A stretch of 30,487 nucleotides of DNA, taken from the IMG/VR virus record IMGVR_UViG_3300037634_000844, positions 1-30,487 of that record. One strand, written 5' to 3'. Made by a program: the position numbers and the translations under genes. Below the pieces are notes generated by a model. The model ran no database searches and was not told the origin of the DNA. It was given only the letters and a program-made list of their open reading frames with translations. This stretch comes from a virus. Its lineage: Duplodnaviria > Caudoviricetes. Positions 17,539-28,500 of the stretch are shown piece after piece. Numbering within the stretch: position 1 is the stretch's first letter; each line of letters opens with the position of its first letter.

Positions 17539-19509
17539 ATGGCAAAAAGAAATACAAATTATAGTGGGTATGATTATAGACCATCACCACAGAGACAGCA
17601 AAGACAAGCTTATGGTGCTTATGAAAATCCACAAGGAGTTATCGATTATAGATACCAAAATGTAGGTAATATTTTAACTGCTTTAAATGCTGGTATTGGT
17701 GGAGTTGTTCAAGCACAACAAGCTAGGAAACAACAAGCTGAAGATATTTTAAAACAACAAAATCAAAAGTTTGGAGATTTATTTACTGAAGAATATCTTA
17801 AAACAACAGCTAAAGAAAGAGAGTTTGGTGGATATGTAACAGGTAAAGATAGAAATGTTGTACATGAAGAAGTTGTAACTGCATTAACAGACATTGGAGA
17901 TGGATATGGTAAATGGTTAGAAGATCATCCAGAGGCAACCCAAAGAGAACGTACTATACAATTAGATAAAGCAATTGGTTCTATGCAGTTACTGAGGCAG
18001 GATTTGAGTAGCATGATGTTGGCTAAACAAGAGTATGATAAAGCTAAACAATTAAATCCAGGGGAAGTTGGGGCTATAGTACCAGGTTTTAATGATAATT
18101 TAATTTTTGGTATGAATGCTATGGATAGCAATGACCAAGACATGCATATCACTAGAGATCCAAATGGTAATTGGAGATTTACAGTTGCTAAAGTAGGTGC
18201 TGATGGAAACGCTATTTTAGGAGAAAGCACTACTATAGATATGACTGATTATAGAAATAAATCTATACAAAGTGGAGGATTTTGGAATACAGTGGAAGAG
18301 ATAGATGTACAACCTGTAGCTAATGATTTAGCTAGTATTATATATGAAAAAGCTGCAGATGGAAGTATTATATATAATGAAGATTTAACTACTACCGATT
18401 CTGCAGGGAATACTATTGTAGATATAGAAGCATTAAAAACATATACAAATCCTAATGATCCTACAGGAAAACCTATTTTTGAAACTATAGTAGAAGATGC
18501 TTTTGTAACAGGACCAGATGCTTTAAGTAAAAGATCTGGATATTGGAGGAGATTAGGTAATACAGGAGATTTTGATGAGACTGCTTATACTACTGCTATG
18601 CAAGAAAAAGTATTAGATGCTTTACCAAACTTCTTAAAAGGGCCAAAAGAAAAGAAGGCACCTACTGCTGCGGATAAAAGATTATGGTGGGAGCAAAAGA
18701 AATATAGAGATAAGCAACAACAAGATAAACTCGATAAGCAATTAAAAGCTATTCAAGCTAATAAAGATAAAACCAAGAAATATAAAGCATTTGAAGAAAC
18801 TTGGGTTGAAGCTCAAAAAGCATTTGGTGGAACTATTCAAGATAGAGAATTTGGTAATTTAGGTATTGAAAATATGCAACCTGATGAAATAGTAAATAAA
18901 TTAAATAATATTTTAGGTGTTACCGAATTTAGAGTAGAAGGTGGAGTTATTGGAAAAATAACTGATGACGATGAATTCTTAAAAGTTGAAATAAATACTG
19001 AAGACCAAATGTTGACTGAGTTATTGAAAGCCGATAAGTTTGAAAACTTCACAGCAGAAGAAAAAGAAGAATTTAAGAATATAGCAGAAACAGGAACATT
19101 TGCAGTAGAAAGTGATGAGTTAATATATACTTCTCCATTTGATATTACAGAAGAAGAGACAGTGGTAGTAGACGATATTAATCCTAATGTTAGAAATGCA
19201 ACTTGGTTTAAAGCAGCTAATAAGAAATTCAATAATTATGGAATTGATGTAGCTCAATTACCAAAAGAAGTTCGTCAACTTATAAGATCAGCAGTAACAG
19301 GTAATGAGATAGATGGTAAAAAATATAGAATTGATAACCCTGGACAAGGTGGTGGTACTAAAATTGATTGGGCTGGTATAAGTGATTTAGTACTTACAAA
19401 TAAAGATGCTATGGCAAGGATTAATGAAAGACTTAAGAAAGATATATGGAATAATTTACCTAAAGGTAGTAAAATGTTTATTGATGGTAAAATTAAAACT
19501 AAATCATAA
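17539..19509 (+). CDS. Putative ejection / internal virion protein 2 (656 aa)
   Basis: YENP motif, then an amphipathic helix (GNILTALNAGIGGVVQAQQ) and coiled coil. Lies between ejection protein 1 and the giant gene. Confidence 0.55.
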   Translation: MAKRNTNYSGYDYRPSPQRQQRQAYGAYENPQGVIDYRYQNVGNILTALNAGIGGVVQAQQARKQQAEDILKQQNQKFGDLFTEEYLKTTAKEREFGGYVTGKDRNVVHEEVVTALTDIGDGYGKWLEDHPEATQRERTIQLDKAIGSMQLLRQDLSSMMLAKQEYDKAKQLNPGEVGAIVPGFNDNLIFGMNAMDSNDQDMHITRDPNGNWRFTVAKVGADGNAILGESTTIDMTDYRNKSIQSGGFWNTVEEIDVQPVANDLASIIYEKAADGSIIYNEDLTTTDSAGNTIVDIEALKTYTNPNDPTGKPIFETIVEDAFVTGPDALSKRSGYWRRLGNTGDFDETAYTTAMQEKVLDALPNFLKGPKEKKAPTAADKRLWWEQKKYRDKQQQDKLDKQLKAIQANKDKTKKYKAFEETWVEAQKAFGGTIQDREFGNLGIENMQPDEIVNKLNNILGVTEFRVEGGVIGKITDDDEFLKVEINTEDQMLTELLKADKFENFTAEEKEEFKNIAETGTFAVESDELIYTSPFDITEEETVVVDDINPNVRNATWFKAANKKFNNYGIDVAQLPKEVRQLIRSAVTGNEIDGKKYRIDNPGQGGGTKIDWAGISDLVLTNKDAMARINERLKKDIWNNLPKGSKMFIDGKIKTKS

Positions 19510-19519
19510 AATATAATAT

Positions 19520-22500
19520 ATGAGTGAATTTCCAGAAGATCCACGTGAAGACCCTTTTGAAGCGTTTAGTTTCTCAGTAGATACTAGTGATCCATTTGAA
19601 ATGTTTGGTAGAAATGTTCAATTAACTACACAAGAGACTGTCACTGAACAACCTGAGCAAACTACAGATTATTTCGGAGGTATGGGGTTCACAGATGAAG
19701 TGGTTACTGATGATGTAACTGTAGATACAGAAGTAGAAGAGTGGGAACCTATATATTCTAGTGATTACTACGAATCTCTTCCTATGATGAACCAAGAGAG
19801 AGCTGCATATGAACAATGGAAATTAAAACCAGATAGAGAAGCATTACCAGAAGAAATAGAAGAAGCTAAAACAGGAGTTAGTGAGGTAAAACCTTTAACG
19901 ATAAAAGATCAATTAGGTTTAAATTTTAATGTACCGTTAGAAAAAACTCAAATACAACGACAAGAAGATTTTATTGAAGGATTAAGAGATGCTACTACTA
20001 ATAAGATATTTGTAACACCAAAAGAAACAGGAGTAGAAGTAGATGAATTAACGCTTAAATATGGAGATATTTTTACCGAGCGTTCTCCAGAAAAACATCC
20101 GCATGACGCTTTTGAGCAAGTAGGAGATTGGATAGGTAATACAATTATGACTTTACTTGATGTTCCGAGAACATTAGCTGGTCAAGAAGCTGCTGCCGAT
20201 TACAGTTGGTTTGGTTATGATCCAAAAGAATTAACTGTAAGTGACAAACAATTAATACAAGGGGCAGCTCAAACAGATGCTGATTTGATAAATAAAGAAT
20301 TAAATCAAATAAATAGTCCTATTAGATATCAATGGAATAATGGAAAATTACAACCATATATAGATTATGATTCTAAAGAAATAACTAAAAATGATGTTTT
20401 AAAAGCATTTGAAATTGTAAAAGAAAAACAAAAAAAAGCTGATGAAGGAAGATTAACAAATGATGAACTATCAGTAATTAAATTTGAAAATCAATATCAA
20501 GAGGCTTTAAAAACAGGAACTCCTACTGAAATAAAAGAAGCAAAAAACAAATGGATAGAAGAATGGAAGAAATTAGGTGGAGTTAAAAGAATTTTTAGTG
20601 AAGATGGATCTTTTATTTCAAAAAAAGATGCAACACCAGCAGATGAAAAAGCTAATTCTAATTTGGATGATGAAGCTTCTCAACAATGGGGACTAAGTGA
20701 TGAACAATCAATGTTGAATGCTAAACGCGCATTAGCTAATAAATTAATATATTTATCTAAAGAAATTTCTAAAGATCCTAAAGTAATAGGAAGAGGAATG
20801 AATTGGTTAGATGCTATGAGAGAAGGAGGATTTGGTTCTACATTTGATATAAGTGGTTATTTAGAAAAGGATAATTATATAGCATTAGAAGATAATTTAA
20901 AAATAATAAATCAAGTTGGAAATGAAGGAATTATTCTCCCTGAATTAAAATATTTGCCTGGAGGAAGTATTTTAACTAATCAATTTAATAATTTACTTAA
21001 ACAATACAATGTTGTAACTCGAGCAATGCAATTAAATATGGATCCAACTACGAATATTGGATCAGGATTTGTAGAAGATATAAAGGGATTTGGAGCTCAA
21101 ATAGCTGAAAAATTTAGTCCTACAGATGTAGAAACAGCACGTGAATTAGGAAGAGAATTTGTTAGTTTTACTCAAGATGAAGTAGGAATTTCTATCACTC
21201 AAGATTTAGCTAATAAAGTTGATTTTGCTTGGGATACCGAAACTGAACGTTATGTTTTAGATAAAGATATTAGTGAACAAACGTTAGAAACTATAGTAGA
21301 AATAGGACAAGTTATGGCAGAGTTTGCTGTAGCTAGAAAAGTTATAGGAAAGAAAAATATAAAGAAGTTAGGTAATTTTGTTAGAGAATCTGCTGCCGGT
21401 AAACCACGTATTATAAGAGCTGCTGCTACTGTAAGTGCGAGTATAATAGAAGAAGCTGCTGCTATACAAGCACGAAATGTATTAATAGCACCTATCACAG
21501 GTGGAGAAGATATGAGCTTAACTTGGGCAGTTGGAGCAGGAGCTATGGGATCTGTGGCTAAATATTTTAGTCCTGCAGGAGTTACAAGTATATGGACTAC
21601 GGGAAACAAAACTGTAAATAGATTAATTACTGCTATTGGTGGTTCTCAAACTGCTAATTTATTAGCTAAACAATTAATTCAACCTGCTATAGGTACGGGA
21701 GTAATGATCGCAGGTGAGATAACAGAAAATATCCTTACGACTGATAAGGGAATGAGAGAAATATGGGAAGAAGCTAGTGATTGGGATAAATTGGCTAGTA
21801 CTTGGGCAACATTATTTGCTCTTCAAAATTCTAAAGCACCTTTAAATATAGTAAGAGAACCTTATAGAGCTGTTGAAGCTGATATATTAGCATTAGGAAA
21901 GAAAACTAGATTTACTCAAAAAGCTGCTAAAGCTTTAGGTTTAGAATCTAACTACATGGATAAAAATGAAAAAGGTGATTATATTCTTACAGAAGACAAA
22001 ATTAATAAACAATTTAAAGAAAAAAGAAAAGAAGTTATAGATTCAGAACTATCTAAAGATGAGAAGTTTGAAAAACTTAGAGAACTTACAGCTGCACGAA
22101 GAAGCATGATAGAACATCGTCAATATTTAGATATTAAAAACACTATAAAAGCTACTGAGGGAGGTAAACAAATATGGGCTGATCAGTATGTTGAAAGTAT
22201 GAATTTAGCTTATGGAAGAGAATTGACAGCAGAGAATATTGAAGGATTAGCAAATACTCCTAGTACTCAACTTACTAGATTATTAGTTAGAGATCCGAAT
22301 AATAAGTTATCTAAACCAGATCAATCTGCTTTAGCTAATAGAATAATGGCGTATAGAGAATTAGCAGCAGATTTAAGTATGGAAGCTAACTTAACAGTAG
22401 CATCACAAGGAGGGTTAAGAGGAAAAGCACGTATAAATTATTTTAAAGAAAGATTAAAACAATTAAATGCCGAACGCGATTTATTAAATGCAACTGAAGC

Positions 22501-25500
22501 TTTAAAAGATAAAAAAATAACTCAATCTATTTATGACGAGCAAATTAGTGGACTTGAAAAAACTATTGAAGATTCTAATAAAAAGATTGAAAGTATAACT
22601 GATACATATACTAAAGAATTAAAAGAATCAAAGAAGTTTGAAAAGATTTCTAAACCCTTAATAGAAAGAGCTAAAGAAGCAGGTTTTAAAATAATAGAAG
22701 ATAAAACATTAGAAGGTGAAGCAGAGATTGGTGGAGGTGTATTTAGATATAATCCTAAAAAAGCTCCAGAATTCTTTACATTAGGAGTACATGAAGTAGG
22801 TCATCCAGTTGTTAATAGAATGCTTAAAGGAAAGACTCAAGCAGAAAAAGATTCCTTTGTAGAAGAGTTCAAAAAGATATTACCAGAGAAAACTTATCGT
22901 CTTATAGAAGAAAGACTATTAGGAAGACAAAATGTAAAAGATTATAAAGAAAATCCAAATACAGTAGAATGGATGAATGTATTTTTAGATATTACAGGTA
23001 GTGGAGCTTTAAAGTACGAAGGTAATTTTTTTGGTAAAGTAAAAGATTTTCTTAATAAATATAAAAAAGGTAAAGACTATAGTTTAGATTTAAACTTTGA
23101 AAATCCAAAAGAAGTATATGAAAACCTAAAAGCATTTGCTGAAGCTGCTGGTAAAGGAAAAGCTGGAGTTGGTGAAAAAGGAGAAATGCTCGTAGAAGCT
23201 TTGAAAAAAGCTCCACAAATGGAAGGAACTCAAAAGTCTGTTACTATAGATTTAGAAAATAAAAAGAATCAAGATACTTTAAATGAACAAGTTGGAGAAA
23301 GAACTGAAGAAGGTTATTATACTATGCCTAAAAAAGAATGGTTAGGAAGTAGAGCTCATAAAATTGCAAAAAATCTAATTGATGGTGGATCATTTGATTT
23401 ATTAATTGGTAAAAAAATATTTCCAGGTAAAAAAATATACACAGAAACTAGAGAAAATATTTTAGAAGATAGTAGAGCAGAGTTAAAAAGACATTTAGAA
23501 AATTTTGACCCTACATTAAATAAAAATTTATTTGGATATCTTAATTCGTATGTAGGTGCAAAAGTTGGTACAGTTACAGGAAGAGCTAAAAAAACAGTTC
23601 CTACTGTATCTAGAGATATTCAAGTAGAAGGAAGAAAAATGCCTGAACCTGAATCTAAAGATCTTGATCCATCTGAGTTAGCAGATATTGTTTTAGCAAA
23701 AGAAAGAAAAGCTAAAGCAGAAAAAGATAAACCTAAAGAAACTGTTGCTTCTAAAGTAGGAATGCCTAAAGTTATAGTTGATAAAATAAAAGGTGAAACA
23801 TCTAGTGAAGAATATATTGAAGAAGCTGCAGAAAAAGTAGATTATAGAAAGTTGCCCGAAATTTCAACTCCTCCTGGTCCTAATCAAACCATTCCTCCCT
23901 TTCTTAGTAAATTAAAAGCTCAAATAGCTACATCAAGAAAATATAAAGAAGAAGTAGCTCAATCTATGGGTACTAGAAAAGATTACATAGATTATCTAGA
24001 TAAAAACTTTGAAAAAATAGTTAAAAATTTACCACCCTCATATTTTTCTGGATTAATAGAAAGAAAAATCACCAGTGGAGTTAAAAAAGGATTAACTTTA
24101 AAGCAAGCTATAGATGCCGTGATCTTACCTAAAAATATGATTCAAAAAGATATTGGTCAAGGTTATACTTCAAACTGGCAAGGTAAAAAAACTGTAGGAA
24201 CTAAAGCTGCGAAAACAGGTATTACTTCAGGTTTAAAAAGAATAAGATTAAATCCAAATTTTGATTTTAAAAATAAAGCTAATATTGAAGCATTTAAAAA
24301 AGCTTTTAAATCTCAAGGAAGAAAAGAAGGATTAGCAGGTCAAATAAGTGCTAAAGGAGTTGTTGATTATTTACAAAAGAACTTAGGTACTGAAAGTAAA
24401 ATAGATAAACAACTAAAAGACAGTTATGATCTTAAAGGAAGAGAATTACCTAAAGATTATGCTAAACAATTTAGAGAACAAGTTGCTAAATCTGAAGTTC
24501 AAAGATCTGCAACAGAAGAGAAAATAGAACAAGAAAAGTTAAAGGAAATAGCAAATGCTAGATTACTTAAAGAAATAGAAAAGGGGTATTTTCTAGGAGA
24601 TATGAAAGGAATGGCTAATGCCATTAAATCATTAGTTAAAGAAAATCCAGGATTAAATTTAATAATACCTAAAGAAATAAGCAAAGAAGGTATTGTTAGA
24701 GATCCTGAAGGACAAGAAATGTTAATTAATTTTACTACTAATATTTTACCTCGATATTATGGTAAAAATGTTTTACTGAGCTCAGTATGGGCAGGAACTG
24801 CATCTGGCAAAGGCATGTGGATGGATACTCGGACATTAGCAGAAGTTAGAAAACTATTTTTATCTCATGAAGATAGAGTATCACAAGAAATTCAAGAAAC
24901 TATAAACCCAGGAATGGCTTCATCAGGATTAGATGTTATGAAGACTAGTCCTTTCACAAGTAATGGTAGTAAAAAGAAATTTATAGATAAAGTAAATAAA
25001 AGTTATAAAGGATTAGATTTATTCATAGATCAATCATTTAAAATGTTAAAAGAAAACCCAGATCAATTAAGTGGATTTCTTGCTATGATGAAAAATGCAT
25101 CAGTTACTAGTAGTCATTTTTGGAGGAACTTTTCACAAGTAATAGGTAAACACGTGAACTGGGCGGATAAGGTGATGATGGATCCTAAGAAAAAAGGGAA
25201 AGGGGTAGGAGAACATGCTTTAGTTCAAAATCAAGCCGGTGAATTTATGACTAAAGCTATATTGGAATCTATAGCTAAGAAAAATCGTAATATACTTAAT
25301 ACTGCTAAAGAATTATTAAGTGAAAATTACTTTCAAATATTAATTAGTCATGGGAGTGATAATAAACTAACTGAAATAGGTTTACAATCTAGTATGCCTA
25401 AAGGATTTTGGGAAAGTTGGAATAAAGCTTTAGAAACAGGAAACGTGAAAGAAGCTTGGTCAGTATGGTCTAGATATTTTAATAAAGAAATAAATAAAAT

Positions 25501-28500
25501 TAAAGGAGCAGATGGAGAGTTAGGATTTAATCCTAATAATATAATGTTACTTAATAGAAAAACTGGAGAAATTGAAAGTTTAGCAGATACATTAGGAATA
25601 GGTGAAAAACATTTTGGTAAAGATGTTTTAAATCCTGAGATTATAGCTAAACAACAAGAACTTATTGGAGAATGGTCACGAAGAAATCCAAATTATAATA
25701 CTATAACAAAATTAAGAGAACATTTAGCTATAGATTTAGACATGCTTAATGCTAAAAGAAATGCTACTTTAAACTCTAAAAAAGAATTAGAAAAAATAGA
25801 TAACATATTTAAAGTATCAGAAAAAGCTCCTAATGAAATATTAGTACAAAAATCTAATACTTTTGATAAAGCTTTAGCAGAAGGTAGAAAACTCAAAAAA
25901 GAAATTAAAAAAGCTAGAGTATTTGATTTTGACGATACGATTGCTAAAAGTAAGAGTAAAGTATTATATGAAACTATAGATGGAGAAAAAGGTAAATTAA
26001 CACCTGAAGAATTTGCTGCTCGTGGAGAAGAATTAAAAGAAAAAGGAGTTACTTTTGATTTCTCTGAATTCAATAAAGTTGTGGAAGGAAAGAAAGGACC
26101 TTTATTTGAATTATTTAAAAGAATGAAAGAAGCTGCAGGAGATAGAGATATGTTTATTCTTACAGCAAGAAGTGGAGCTGCTGCTCCTGCTATTAAAGAG
26201 TTTTTAAATAGAATGGGTGTTGAAATTCCATTAGATCATATTACAGGATTAGGTGATAGTTCTCCTTTAGCTAAATCAGATTGGGTTGTAGGAAAAGCAG
26301 CAGAAGGTTATAATGATTTTTATTTTGCTGATGATCATTTACCTAATGTAGAAGCAGTTAAAAAAGCATTAAGTCCTTTAGAGGTAAAAGCAAAAGTTCA
26401 ACAAGCGAAAGATGCTGTTCAATTTGAAATAGATAAATTACCAGGAGAAAGTGGAACCCAATTTAGTATGACAACTAAACGTGATCTTGATTGGAAAGAA
26501 AGTACTAAAATCACAGATGAAGGTCGTGCAATGTCTAGTATGAAAGCTAAGTTTGAAGTGAAAGGCGTTCCGTATGAAATATACTTAGATTTACTAAGTG
26601 ACAAAAAAAGAGGATCATGGGATTTAGGATTTACTAATTTAAAAGATGGGAAAAGAAGTCAAGCTATAACGGGGGATGGTAATGCGTCGCAAGTTTTAAG
26701 TATAGTATCAAATGCAGTTTTTGATTTAGCTAAAAGGAAAGATGTTAATGTTTTAAATTTTTCATCTAAAGAAAAAAGTAGAACGAGACTTTATAAAACT
26801 TTAACTAATTTGTGGGCTGATAAATTAGGTTGGAATCAAAGTTTTAATTCACAACACAACATATTTCACATTGGGAAACCAGGGTTTGAAATAGGATTAA
26901 AATATAAAAAGACACCTCAAGAAACAACAGTTGAAATAGAAAAATCTAAAGATAAATTTAGTAAACAATCTAAACCAGTCAAAAAAGTATTAAATGTAAT
27001 AGATATAAAAGGAAAAGTTCAACAAGCTATAATGCAAAAGAGTAATACTCTTAATGAAGGATTTAATAAGATAATAGAAGAAAGTGCAGGAGTAGATAGA
27101 TTTAAAGTATTTTCTGATGTTAAAGCTCAAATACGAGGAGAAAAAGCTAGAAGACAAAGATTCTTTATTCCTCCATCAGCAGAAGATTTTTTAGGGTTAT
27201 TATATGCTACATTAGGAAAAGGTAAACAAGGAGAAAATCATTTAAAGTTTTATGAAGATAATTTACTTACTCCATATAGTAGAGCAATGGAAAATTTATC
27301 TACTGATAGAGTTAATTTAATGAGTGACTTTAAAGATCTTAAAAACAAATTAGATGTTCCTAAAGATCTTAAGAAAACTACTAAATCAGGATTTACTCAT
27401 GAGCAAGCAGTTAGAGTATATTTATGGAATACAACAGGTAAAGAAATACCTGGTTTATCAAAAGCTGATTTTAAAGAATTAAATGATATTGTAGAAAAGA
27501 ATTTTAGATTAAAATCTTTTGCTGATCAAATTCTTTCTATAACAAAAGGGGATGGATATTCTACTCCTAAAAAAGAATGGTCTGTAGGAACTATAACAAC
27601 TGATTTAATTGATATTCTTAACACTACTAAGCGAAGTAAATACTTAGAACCTTGGAAACAAAATGTAGATGTAATCTTTTCTAAAGAAAACCTCAACAAA
27701 CTAGAAGCGGTTTATGGTGAAAAGTATAGAGAAGCAATGGAGAATATGCTTACTAGAATGAAATCTGGTAGCAATAGAACTGCAGGAGGTAATAAACTTA
27801 GTAATCAAGTATTAGATTATATTAATAATTCTACTGGTGCTATAATGTTTTTTAATACTAGATCAGCAGTACTTCAAACCATCTCAGCAGCTAACTTTAT
27901 TAATTGGAGTTTTAATAATCCTTATAGAGCTGGTAAAGCATTTGCTAATCAACCTCAATATTGGAAAGATTTTACTGAATTAATGAATTCGGATTATTTG
28001 AAAGATAGAAGACAAGGATTAAAATTAAATATAAGTGAATCTGAGATATCTAATGCTGCAAAAACTTCTAAAAATAAAGCTAAAGCTGTATTAAATTATA
28101 TACTTGAAAAAGGATATTTACCTACTAAATTTGCAGATAGTTTTGCTATAGCTTCTGGTGGTGCTACGTTTTATAGAAATAGGATAATAGATCTTATGAA
28201 AAACGAAGGTAAAACTGAAGTTGAAGCTAAGAAAATAGCAATGGAAGAATTTAGAAAGAATGCGGAAATTTCTCAACAATCTTCTAATCCATCTAAAATA
28301 TCTCAACAACAATCTAGTGACTTAGGAAGAGTTGTATTACAATTCGTCAATACTCCTATGCAGTATGCTAGAATACAAAAGCGAGCTATTCAAGATATTG
28401 CTAATGGTAGAGGAGATATGAAAACTAATGCAGGTAAAGTAGCTTATTATATGTTTTTGCAAAATATGATATTCAATGCATTGCAACAAGGATTATTTGC

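Noticed and set aside
25922-25939. DFDD as the catalytic DxDxD of a crAss-like virion RNA polymerase
   Set aside because: The sequence is DFDDT (DxDxT) and is followed by HAD motifs II-IV, so it is a HAD phosphatase motif.
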